DNA of 64,000 bases from Christensenellaceae bacterium. Lineage in GTDB: Bacteria; Bacillota; Clostridia; Christensenellales; CAG-138. Below are positions 57,276 to 64,000 of the stretch, one piece after another. The DNA lies in NCBI GenBank assembly GCA_031261085.1, contig JAISKB010000005.1, positions 66,604-130,603 of the forward strand. Direction: 5' to 3'. The notes beneath the pieces are model-generated. The model was not told where the DNA came from. It did no database searches and was given only the letters and a program-made list of their open reading frames with translations. The translations under genes were made by a program, and so were the position numbers. Position 1 is the first letter of the stretch. The number at the start of each line of letters is the position of its first letter.

Positions 57276-58398
57276 CTGCATTGTGATAGGCGGCGGTTAC
57301 TTTGGTTGCTCGATTGCTTACCATTTGAGCAAGGCCGGTAAAGCGACAGCCCTAATCGAACAAAAAGAAATTGCCTCCGGCGCTTCCGGCGCGAATTTTG
57401 GCTGTGTCCAGGTGCAGGATTCCAACATGGGCATGAGCCTTACCCTCACATTGCGCGGCATTGAGCGCATGCGTACGATGGGTCAGGAATTGCAAGCGGA
57501 CATCGGGTTTGAACCGTTCGGTTCATTGATTGTAGCGGAAGACGCAGCACAGCTTCAGGAGCTCGAGAATCTGTATCAGCAAAAAAAAGAAGCGGGACTT
57601 GACATCGATTGGCTAAGCGCCGCGCAGGTTCTGCGTGCGGAGCCAAATTTGGCGCCCAAAAGGATATTGGCCGCCACAAGGTATACGCAGGCAAAAATCT
57701 ACCCGTTTCATTATATGTATGCGCTGGTTAAGAAGGCGCGCGAGCAGGGGCTTACGCTTATGGAGCACACGCCGGCGGCGTCTCTGTGGATGGAGGGCGG
57801 CACATGCAAAGGCGTTATTTTATGTTCCGGCGAAGCGCTGCGCGCGGAACAAACAATCGTATCCGCCGGCAGCTGGACAAGAGAATTCTGCCAAACAGCG
57901 GGGCTGGATGTGCCGGTATACAGTGTGAAGGCAGAGGCGTTTGTTACAGAGCCGCTCAAACCATTTTTGAACAATTTTTATTCGTCCGCCGGTTTCTTTA
58001 CGGAAGCACACGGTCAAGAGGCCGCCGCTACTTCTCTTTGTATCCATCAGAGCCATCACGGCAATATTTTAATCGGCGAAACGGCCAAGCCGGATGGCAG
58101 GGCGGAACTCGCCTATGCGGATATGTCCTCCGTGGAGCATTGCGCACATATCCACGCGTTGCTCACACGCTACTTCCCCGCTTTGGAGCAGGTACAGGTG
58201 CTGCGCAGCTGGGTTACCCGTTCTCCGTATACGGAATCCTGCCAGCCGGTATTCGGCCCCAGCTCCGTGGAGGGGCTCATACTTGCGGCAGGGTTCAAAA
58301 GCGCCGCCATACTCTCGCCGGTCGTGGGCGATATCGTGGCGCAGCTCGTCGTCAAAGGGAAAGCCGGTGTTGATTTGAGTGAGTTTATTTATGTTTAA
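57259..58398 (+). CDS. FAD-dependent oxidoreductase, DAO family (HcnC/OoxB/SoxB/LhpB-like)
   Basis: It has the N-terminus FDCIVIGGGYFGCSIAYHLSKAG and is 379 aa. It overlaps the preceding gene by 17 nt. Confidence 0.85.
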   Translation: MRRQFDCIVIGGGYFGCSIAYHLSKAGKATALIEQKEIASGASGANFGCVQVQDSNMGMSLTLTLRGIERMRTMGQELQADIGFEPFGSLIVAEDAAQLQELENLYQQKKEAGLDIDWLSAAQVLRAEPNLAPKRILAATRYTQAKIYPFHYMYALVKKAREQGLTLMEHTPAASLWMEGGTCKGVILCSGEALRAEQTIVSAGSWTREFCQTAGLDVPVYSVKAEAFVTEPLKPFLNNFYSSAGFFTEAHGQEAAATSLCIHQSHHGNILIGETAKPDGRAELAYADMSSVEHCAHIHALLTRYFPALEQVQVLRSWVTRSPYTESCQPVFGPSSVEGLILAAGFKSAAILSPVVGDIVAQLVVKGKAGVDLSEFIYV

Positions 58399-58436
58399 AC
58401 ATGAATAGATTCAAAAAGATTATATTTGCCTGCCTG

Positions 58437-59201
58437 CTAAGAGGGTTTTGTTACAAACCAACTTTTGCGCAAAAACTTTAAATCCAGCGAGCCATTGCGG
58501 AAATAGATCATCGAATGTGCCACTATTTCATGGTCGAAGTTGTAAACATAGTCCTCCATCTGCAAAACGGGCTGCCCGTCCTGCAGGTGAATGATTTCCT
58601 TCAGCCACGGTTCCGGTATAATCGCGTCAATATGCGCCATGGTGTAAGCCATGGTCGTATTGCAGTAGGTTTCAAGGAACTGATAGTGGCTGATTTTTTG
58701 TAATGTAAGGATGGAATCCTTGGCGTCCTTTACATAGCTGCCCGCAATATGGTCTGCCACATAGGCCAAAGGCATATCGTTGCCATAAAACACTTTTTCT
58801 ATATTTAAGTAGGAATCCTGCTCTGGTCCCAGCGCCGCGTCCTTTTCGAACACAAAGCCTAAGCGCAGCGTTTCCACACGGGTATCGTAGCCCGATTCCT
58901 TCATGAGGTGAAACAACTCGGGATCGATATCAAGCCGCGCGCTCTCCTTTGCAATCAACGGGTTGGCGATGGTGCCTATGCTGCGCCTGCGCGTGACGAT
59001 CCCAACCTCTTCCAAGCTTTTGAGCGCGTCCCGCAGCGCGCTGCGGCTCACGCCCAGCCGAAGCGCCAGTTCCTCTTCGTTGGGCAGCTTAAAAGGCTTA
59101 CCGTCCTTAGCATTTTGTAATATGCTGGCAATAAGCCCACGCTTTGTCTTTTGTGATAGCTCTTCGTTGTCCACTCGTTTGATATTCAATTTGTCATCCA
59201 T
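58437..59201 (-). CDS. GntR-family regulator, HutC subfamily (wHTH + UTRA)
   Basis: It has LPNEEELALRLGVSRSALRDALKSLEEVGIV, followed by a UTRA-like effector domain. It is convergent with the dehydrogenase operon. The gene is AT-richer. Confidence 0.85.
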   Translation of the reverse strand: MDDKLNIKRVDNEELSQKTKRGLIASILQNAKDGKPFKLPNEEELALRLGVSRSALRDALKSLEEVGIVTRRRSIGTIANPLIAKESARLDIDPELFHLMKESGYDTRVETLRLGFVFEKDAALGPEQDSYLNIEKVFYGNDMPLAYVADHIAGSYVKDAKDSILTLQKISHYQFLETYCNTTMAYTMAHIDAIIPEPWLKEIIHLQDGQPVLQMEDYVYNFDHEIVAHSMIYFRNGSLDLKFLRKSWFVTKPS

Positions 59202-59338
59202 ATCTGCACTGCTTTTCTTAGCCGCATCTATAGCGCCACTCTATCGGCGGCGCAGATACACCTATTGATATGATGTTATCTTACCATTAAATCAGACTTA
59301 TTACAATACCGCCCCAAATCATTTCTTCGGCAGTTCAC

Positions 59339-60238
59339 TTATTGTAAAACTTGCGCTCCCTGCGCGTGCAGCAACGAGCCGATCATGTCGTACTTAAAAG
59401 GTTCGCCCGTTAGATACTGCAACCGCGTGGCGCTCACGCTTTGAATCGTTTCATGCTCCAGCGCAAGCCATACCAAGTCGCGGGTTCCATCTGGAAAGGA
59501 AACCGGCAACGCAATCGAGCAGCGCGGGTTCCGGCCAAATTTCCAGCTCCACGCGGCATATTTACTTTGCGCCAGCGCATGGGCCTTCTCTATGATTTCT
59601 TGCGGCAATACAGCCGGTTCCTTATCATCCAGCGCGGCAATCAACCGCCGCATAAAAGCCTGCGCGTCCCCAAAATCGTGCTGCGGCCGGATATTGCAAA
59701 CAGAGCTGCGAACGGAAGCGACGCCCTTTGCATGCTTCAGCCAGCGCTCCGGGCCAAGCGCGCCCGCCAGGCCTTTCAAATCCGCATCATAAAGCAGCGT
59801 ACCGTGCAGCAGGAGCCTATCCTTATGAATGCGCGAAGCCGTGCCGGAAATCTTGAATCCGTTGAGCAGAATATCGTTGCGCGGAGAAATCTGCACGGGT
59901 ATACCCAGTTGCTTCAGCGCCCGCACCAGCGGTTTAAGATGTGCGCCTATTTCCAGGCGTTCGATTTTCTGCCCCGGGAATATAAACGCAAAGCACACGT
60001 TCCCTAAATCGTGATATACGGCCCCCCCGCCTGAAATACGCCGCGCCAAACGGATGCCGCGCCGTTCGAGCAGCGCGGCATCCGTTTCTTGATGCGTATT
60101 TTGATAAGCGCCCACCACCACGGCGGGTGCGTTTCGATAAAACAACATGACGCCTGCCCTGCCCTCGCAGCTTGCAAGCAGGGTTTCTTCGAGCGCCAGG
60201 TTATAATCCACATCGGTGCTATCGCTTATATAGAGCAT
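59339..60238 (-). CDS. lplA: Lipoate-protein ligase
   Basis: It has RRISGGGAVYHDLGN and the block KISGTASR. The ATG at 60238 follows AAGGAG. Confidence 0.88.
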   Translation of the reverse strand: MLYISDSTDVDYNLALEETLLASCEGRAGVMLFYRNAPAVVVGAYQNTHQETDAALLERRGIRLARRISGGGAVYHDLGNVCFAFIFPGQKIERLEIGAHLKPLVRALKQLGIPVQISPRNDILLNGFKISGTASRIHKDRLLLHGTLLYDADLKGLAGALGPERWLKHAKGVASVRSSVCNIRPQHDFGDAQAFMRRLIAALDDKEPAVLPQEIIEKAHALAQSKYAAWSWKFGRNPRCSIALPVSFPDGTRDLVWLALEHETIQSVSATRLQYLTGEPFKYDMIGSLLHAQGAQVLQ

Positions 60239-60346
60239 AACAGGCTCCTTCTTGTGGAAATGTACGCCCGCTATTTGCTTGCGTTGCGCCATTTATACGG
60301 CGGTAAGCGTTGGCAGCCACGGCAGCTGCGCGGTCATACAGGGCAA

Positions 60347-60688
60347 TTATGAATATTCGCGCACCCTCCATTTACGCGCGCTCTCCATGGCGCCGATAAA
60401 CTCGATGGCATCCCCCATTACATCGTTCGTCTTTTGCTTGAGCTCCTCCAGCCACGCAACGTCCAAGCCGGCAAAGTCCTCATAGCGCTCCCAAAAATAA
60501 AGCATGGTGACTTCGCCGCTGCCGGGCTCGCCCACCCAAACCTCGCTGCCCAAAAAGCCCTTGCGGGAACGGAGCGCAGGCACCCACAGCCTTGCATCCA
60601 GCTCGATATAGGTTTCCAGCATATCAGGCCGGACCCGGAATGTCAGCTCCTCAATAAACTGCGGGGGATTATATATGGTCGGTTGCAT
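60347..60688 (-). CDS. Small alpha+beta-barrel (ABM/TIGR03792-like) protein
   Basis: Its 113-aa length and hydrophobicity pattern resemble ABM-domain proteins. The family call is weak. Confidence 0.4.
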   Translation of the reverse strand: MQPTIYNPPQFIEELTFRVRPDMLETYIELDARLWVPALRSRKGFLGSEVWVGEPGSGEVTMLYFWERYEDFAGLDVAWLEELKQKTNDVMGDAIEFIGAMESARKWRVREYS

Positions 60689-60697
60689 ATCGTTCTC

Positions 60698-62095
60698 CTA
60701 TTTTTTTCGCGCTGCAGCGCCGTGTATCGCTTTACCCAGCAATCCATTCACCGCTTCCATAAACACTTCGGAGAGCGTAGGATGTCCGTGCATAATCTGC
60801 GCGACTTCCTCTACGGTAAACATGCCGTGCATGGCCGCCGCGGCTTCCGTAATCAAGTCGCTCGCATTCGGCCCCAGGATATGCACGCCATAGATTTCGC
60901 TCAGATCCTCGCTTGCCAAAACCTTAATCATCCCCTCGGTATCATTCATGGTAAGCGCCTTGCCGTTGCCCGAAAATGTCGCTTTGCCCGCCACATAGGG
61001 CAAGCCCTTTTCCTTGAGCTGCTCTTCGGTCAGCCCGATGCCCGCCATTTCGGGGAACGTGAATACAGCGCTGGGTATCTGCGCATAATCGACGGCTGTA
61101 TGCATGCCCTGCATGCGCTCCACAGCGGCAACACCCTCGGCCGAAGCGACGTGCGCCAGCATGACCCGGCCCGTCACATCGCCAACCGCGTAAACGCCCG
61201 GCACGCTCGTTTGATAATTCTCATCGACGCGAACAGCCCCACGGTTGAGCTCCACGCCAATCCCTTCAAGGCCCAGGCCATCGGTACAAGGTATACGCCC
61301 AACGGCAACCAGCACGCAGTCGCATGCAACGGATTCCGCCTTTGCGCCGGCTGTCGCCACTTTGAGCGCATTCCCGTCTTTTTCTATCTTTTCGACCTTG
61401 GTAGCCGTAAGGATGCGTATGCCACGCTTTGCTAGGCTGGCCTTAAGGCGCTTGCTCAGCTCGCCATCCATCGTGGGCAATATCGAAGGCAAAAGCTCGA
61501 TTACGGTCACCTCGCTGCCGAACGCCTTATAGATACCCGCAAATTCGATGCCAATCACACCGCCGCCAATGATGACCAGGTGTTTGGGCGCGGCCTCGAG
61601 GCTGAGCGCTTCCCTGCTGGTGATAACCCCTTGTTCCTGTATGCCGGGCACAGGGGGCATGGCGTTTTTTGAACCCGTCGCAAGCAAAACGCGCTCGGCC
61701 TGATACCGCAGCGCTTTTCCCTGCGCGTCCGTTACCTCGAGCGTATCTTTGCTCACAAACCGCGCGTCGCCTTGCACATAATCGACGCCGTTGGCCTTGA
61801 ACAGATGCGCGACGCCGTTTACCAGCGTTTCCACCACGCGTCGTTTGCGCGCCTGCACCAGTTCTAAATCGGTACGAAAGCCATCGCATACAACGCCATA
61901 GTCCGCCGCGTGCGCGAAATATTCAACGACCTGCGCATCCTTATATAAGGTTTTCGCGGGTATGCAGCCCACATTCAAGCAAGTGCCGCCCGGCGCGTCC
62001 TTTTCAATCACCAGCGTTTTCATACCCAGCTGGGCGGCGCGGATAGCGGCCACATAGCCGCCCGGCCCCGCGCCGATCACAATTAAATCATACAT
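60698..62095 (-). CDS. lpdA: Dihydrolipoyl dehydrogenase (E3)
   Basis: It has GAGPGGYVAAIRAAQLG, the redox-active GGTCLNVGCIPAK, and the C-terminal HGHPTLSE. Confidence 0.95.
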   Translation of the reverse strand: MYDLIVIGAGPGGYVAAIRAAQLGMKTLVIEKDAPGGTCLNVGCIPAKTLYKDAQVVEYFAHAADYGVVCDGFRTDLELVQARKRRVVETLVNGVAHLFKANGVDYVQGDARFVSKDTLEVTDAQGKALRYQAERVLLATGSKNAMPPVPGIQEQGVITSREALSLEAAPKHLVIIGGGVIGIEFAGIYKAFGSEVTVIELLPSILPTMDGELSKRLKASLAKRGIRILTATKVEKIEKDGNALKVATAGAKAESVACDCVLVAVGRIPCTDGLGLEGIGVELNRGAVRVDENYQTSVPGVYAVGDVTGRVMLAHVASAEGVAAVERMQGMHTAVDYAQIPSAVFTFPEMAGIGLTEEQLKEKGLPYVAGKATFSGNGKALTMNDTEGMIKVLASEDLSEIYGVHILGPNASDLITEAAAAMHGMFTVEEVAQIMHGHPTLSEVFMEAVNGLLGKAIHGAAARKK

Positions 62096-62110
62096 AGCAT
62101 GCCTCTTGGA

Positions 62111-63334
62111 TTATATCCAACGAAAATCTCTCAGCCCGGCCACAACCTGCTGCAGGAAACGGGCGCCCGGCGCGCCGTTCACGCTGCGGTGATCGTGCGT
62201 AAGGCTTAAATTCATCACCGCCTCGGCAAATATGCCGCCATCGCGCACAATCGGCTTTTGAATGATGGCGCCGCAGCCCAATATGCACGGCTCCGGCCAA
62301 TTCAGCACCGGCGTAAAGTAAGTGATACCGAACATGCCAAGATTGGTTATGGTAATGACGCCATTGCCCAGCTCATCTTCGTTGAGGCGGCCTGTCTGCG
62401 CGCGCTTGCTTAAATCTTCAAGCTCCAAGCAGATTGCGCGCAAATCCTTGAGGTTTGCCGCGCGGATTACGGGGACAAGCAGCCCGCCGGGCACATCCAC
62501 CGCAACGCCTATATCTATATTGGGCATAATAGCGCAATGCGTATCATCCACAATGCGCGTGCGCACGGCGGGATGATCCTCCAGCGCTTGCGCCACCGCC
62601 TTAACGAGCATGGCCGTATAGCTTAGCTTCACACCCGCCTGCGCATACTTGGGCTTAAGCGCCTTGTATACCTCGGTGAGCGGCTGCACATTCGCTTCCG
62701 TCATGATGGTCGTTTGCGCGGTTTGCTGCAGGCTTTGATACATGCCCTTTGCCACAGCTTTCTGCATGCTGCTCATAACCGCGGCGGTTTCTCCGGCGCT
62801 TGCAGGCGCATACGCCGGGGCCGGCGTGCTTTCCGGCTGCGGCGCAGCGGATAGGGGCTTCCCCTCGCGCTTAAGGTCGTCAATCGTTATGAAGCCGTGG
62901 AGGCCGGTGCCGCGGATATGCGCCCAGGCCAGGCCCTTTTCCTTTGCGATTTTTTCAGCGCGCGGGGTGATTTTTACCTCGCCTCGTCTCTCGGGGGCCG
63001 ATGTTGCGGCGCGCGGCGCAACCGTTTCTTCCGTGCGCGCCGATGGTTTTGTTTCAACGACCGGCACACTTGCGGCAGCATCCTCGGAGCTTTCGCCTTC
63101 GCCCGTCATGAGCGCGATCGGCTCGCCGCAGGGGCGGGTATCCCCCTCCGCCAGCAGCAGCTTTATGATAACGCCGGTTTCCGGCGCGTTCGCGTCATTC
63201 GATAGCTTTTCGGAGGTAACTTCGGCGATAGGCTGCCCTTTGACAACCGCATCCCCTTCCTTTACCAGCCACGCGCCAATGGTGCCTTCCTCCATGGACA
63301 GGCCGAATTTCGGCATGATGATTTGAATGGCCAT
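62111..63334 (-). CDS. Dihydrolipoamide acyltransferase (E2) of a 2-oxoacid dehydrogenase complex
   Basis: It has a lipoyl domain (EVTSEKLSND), a subunit-binding domain (ITPRAEKIAKEKG) and the catalytic DHRSVNG. Confidence 0.92.
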   Translation of the reverse strand: MAIQIIMPKFGLSMEEGTIGAWLVKEGDAVVKGQPIAEVTSEKLSNDANAPETGVIIKLLLAEGDTRPCGEPIALMTGEGESSEDAAASVPVVETKPSARTEETVAPRAATSAPERRGEVKITPRAEKIAKEKGLAWAHIRGTGLHGFITIDDLKREGKPLSAAPQPESTPAPAYAPASAGETAAVMSSMQKAVAKGMYQSLQQTAQTTIMTEANVQPLTEVYKALKPKYAQAGVKLSYTAMLVKAVAQALEDHPAVRTRIVDDTHCAIMPNIDIGVAVDVPGGLLVPVIRAANLKDLRAICLELEDLSKRAQTGRLNEDELGNGVITITNLGMFGITYFTPVLNWPEPCILGCGAIIQKPIVRDGGIFAEAVMNLSLTHDHRSVNGAPGARFLQQVVAGLRDFRWI

Positions 63335-63346
63335 GGTCGCGCCTCC

Positions 63347-64000
63347 TTAATATTCCATCAGCGCTTCGCACGCCGCAACGATTTGCTCGGTTTTGGGCAG
63401 TACGAAGTCTTCGAGCGCGGGCGCGAAAGCGATCGGCACATCCAGCGAGGTAACGCGTTTAATCGGCGCCCGCAAATATTCAAACAAGTCCTCTGAAATC
63501 ATGGCCGACAGCTCCGCCGCCCAACCGCCGCACCTGGGGCCCTCCTGCGCAATAACCAGACGCCCGGTCTTGGCTACGGAAGCCTTCAGGGTTTCTTTAT
63601 CGTAGGGCGCAACGGTGCGCAGGTCGATAATCTCGCAAGAAACGCCCTTCTTCTCCAGTTGTTTCGCCGCCGCGTGCGCCATGGGCAGCGTGATTTGAAG
63701 CCCGATGATGGTAACATCCGAGCCTTCGCGCTCCACCTCGGCTTCATACAAGGGTACTTCGTAGTATTCCTCTGGAACTTCTCCCTTGGTATTATAAAGC
63801 AGCTTATGCTCCAAAAAGATAACCGGATTGTCGTTGCGGATGGCGGCGTTGAGCATCCCCTTCGCTTCATAGGGCGAGGAGGGGCTTACCACCACCAGGC
63901 CCGGGGTGTTCATAAACCAGCTTTCCACACAGGCGCTGTGGTGATAGGCGCAGCGGATGCCCGCGCCCTGTACCGCGCGCACCGTGATGGGCGCGCCCGC
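63347..64000 (-). CDS. 2-oxoacid dehydrogenase E1 beta subunit (N-terminus outside the window)
   Basis: It has HHSACVESWFMNTPGLVVVSPSSPYEAKGML and a C-terminal transketolase-C domain. The frame stays open to base 64000. Confidence 0.9.
   Translation of the reverse strand, partial: AGAPITVRAVQGAGIRCAYHHSACVESWFMNTPGLVVVSPSSPYEAKGMLNAAIRNDNPVIFLEHKLLYNTKGEVPEEYYEVPLYEAEVEREGSDVTIIGLQITLPMAHAAAKQLEKKGVSCEIIDLRTVAPYDKETLKASVAKTGRLVIAQEGPRCGGWAAELSAMISEDLFEYLRAPIKRVTSLDVPIAFAPALEDFVLPKTEQIVAACEALMEY

Overview
This is a GC-rich chromosomal segment with strong third-position GC bias. Gene content (gpr, spoIIP, sigA, mcsA-mcsB-clpC, Gram-positive style Shine-Dalgarno sites) points to a spore-forming Firmicute, probably Clostridia-like. 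The left ~35 kb is mostly housekeeping. It holds the dnaG tail and sigA, dgt, queA-tgt, tsaE-tsaB-rimI, holA, rpsT, gpr, spoIIP, RNase P RNA, trmK-nif3-COG1579, a ttcA-like gene and tRNA-Asn. It continues with an Lsa-like ABC-F gene behind a leader-peptide/terminator attenuator, a phn-type ABC transporter plus a 5'-nucleotidase-family phosphoesterase, thiI-nifS, and mcsA-mcsB-clpC. The right ~30 kb is more accessory, with visibly AT-richer islands. It carries an IPRTG-anchored surface protein, a MarR-controlled heterodimeric ABC exporter, an amidase-lipoprotein pair, and a large beta-helix lipoprotein with foreign-looking PNPOx and GNAT genes. It also carries htrA, mrp, a tRNA-Val / 190-nt structured RNA / tRNA-Gln unit, and a tiny hydrophobic peptide gene behind a consensus promoter. 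At the far right are a five-gene Fe-S/flavin dehydrogenase cluster with a GntR regulator, and lplA plus an E1beta-E2-E3 2-oxoacid dehydrogenase operon that runs off the end. I saw no CRISPR array, IS element, integrase or recognisable defence system. The best novelty candidates are the multi-subunit Fe-S/flavin dehydrogenase of unknown substrate, the tRNA-embedded 6S-like RNA, and the small-peptide locus. All protein calls rest on motif recognition by eye and on synteny; no database search was run.
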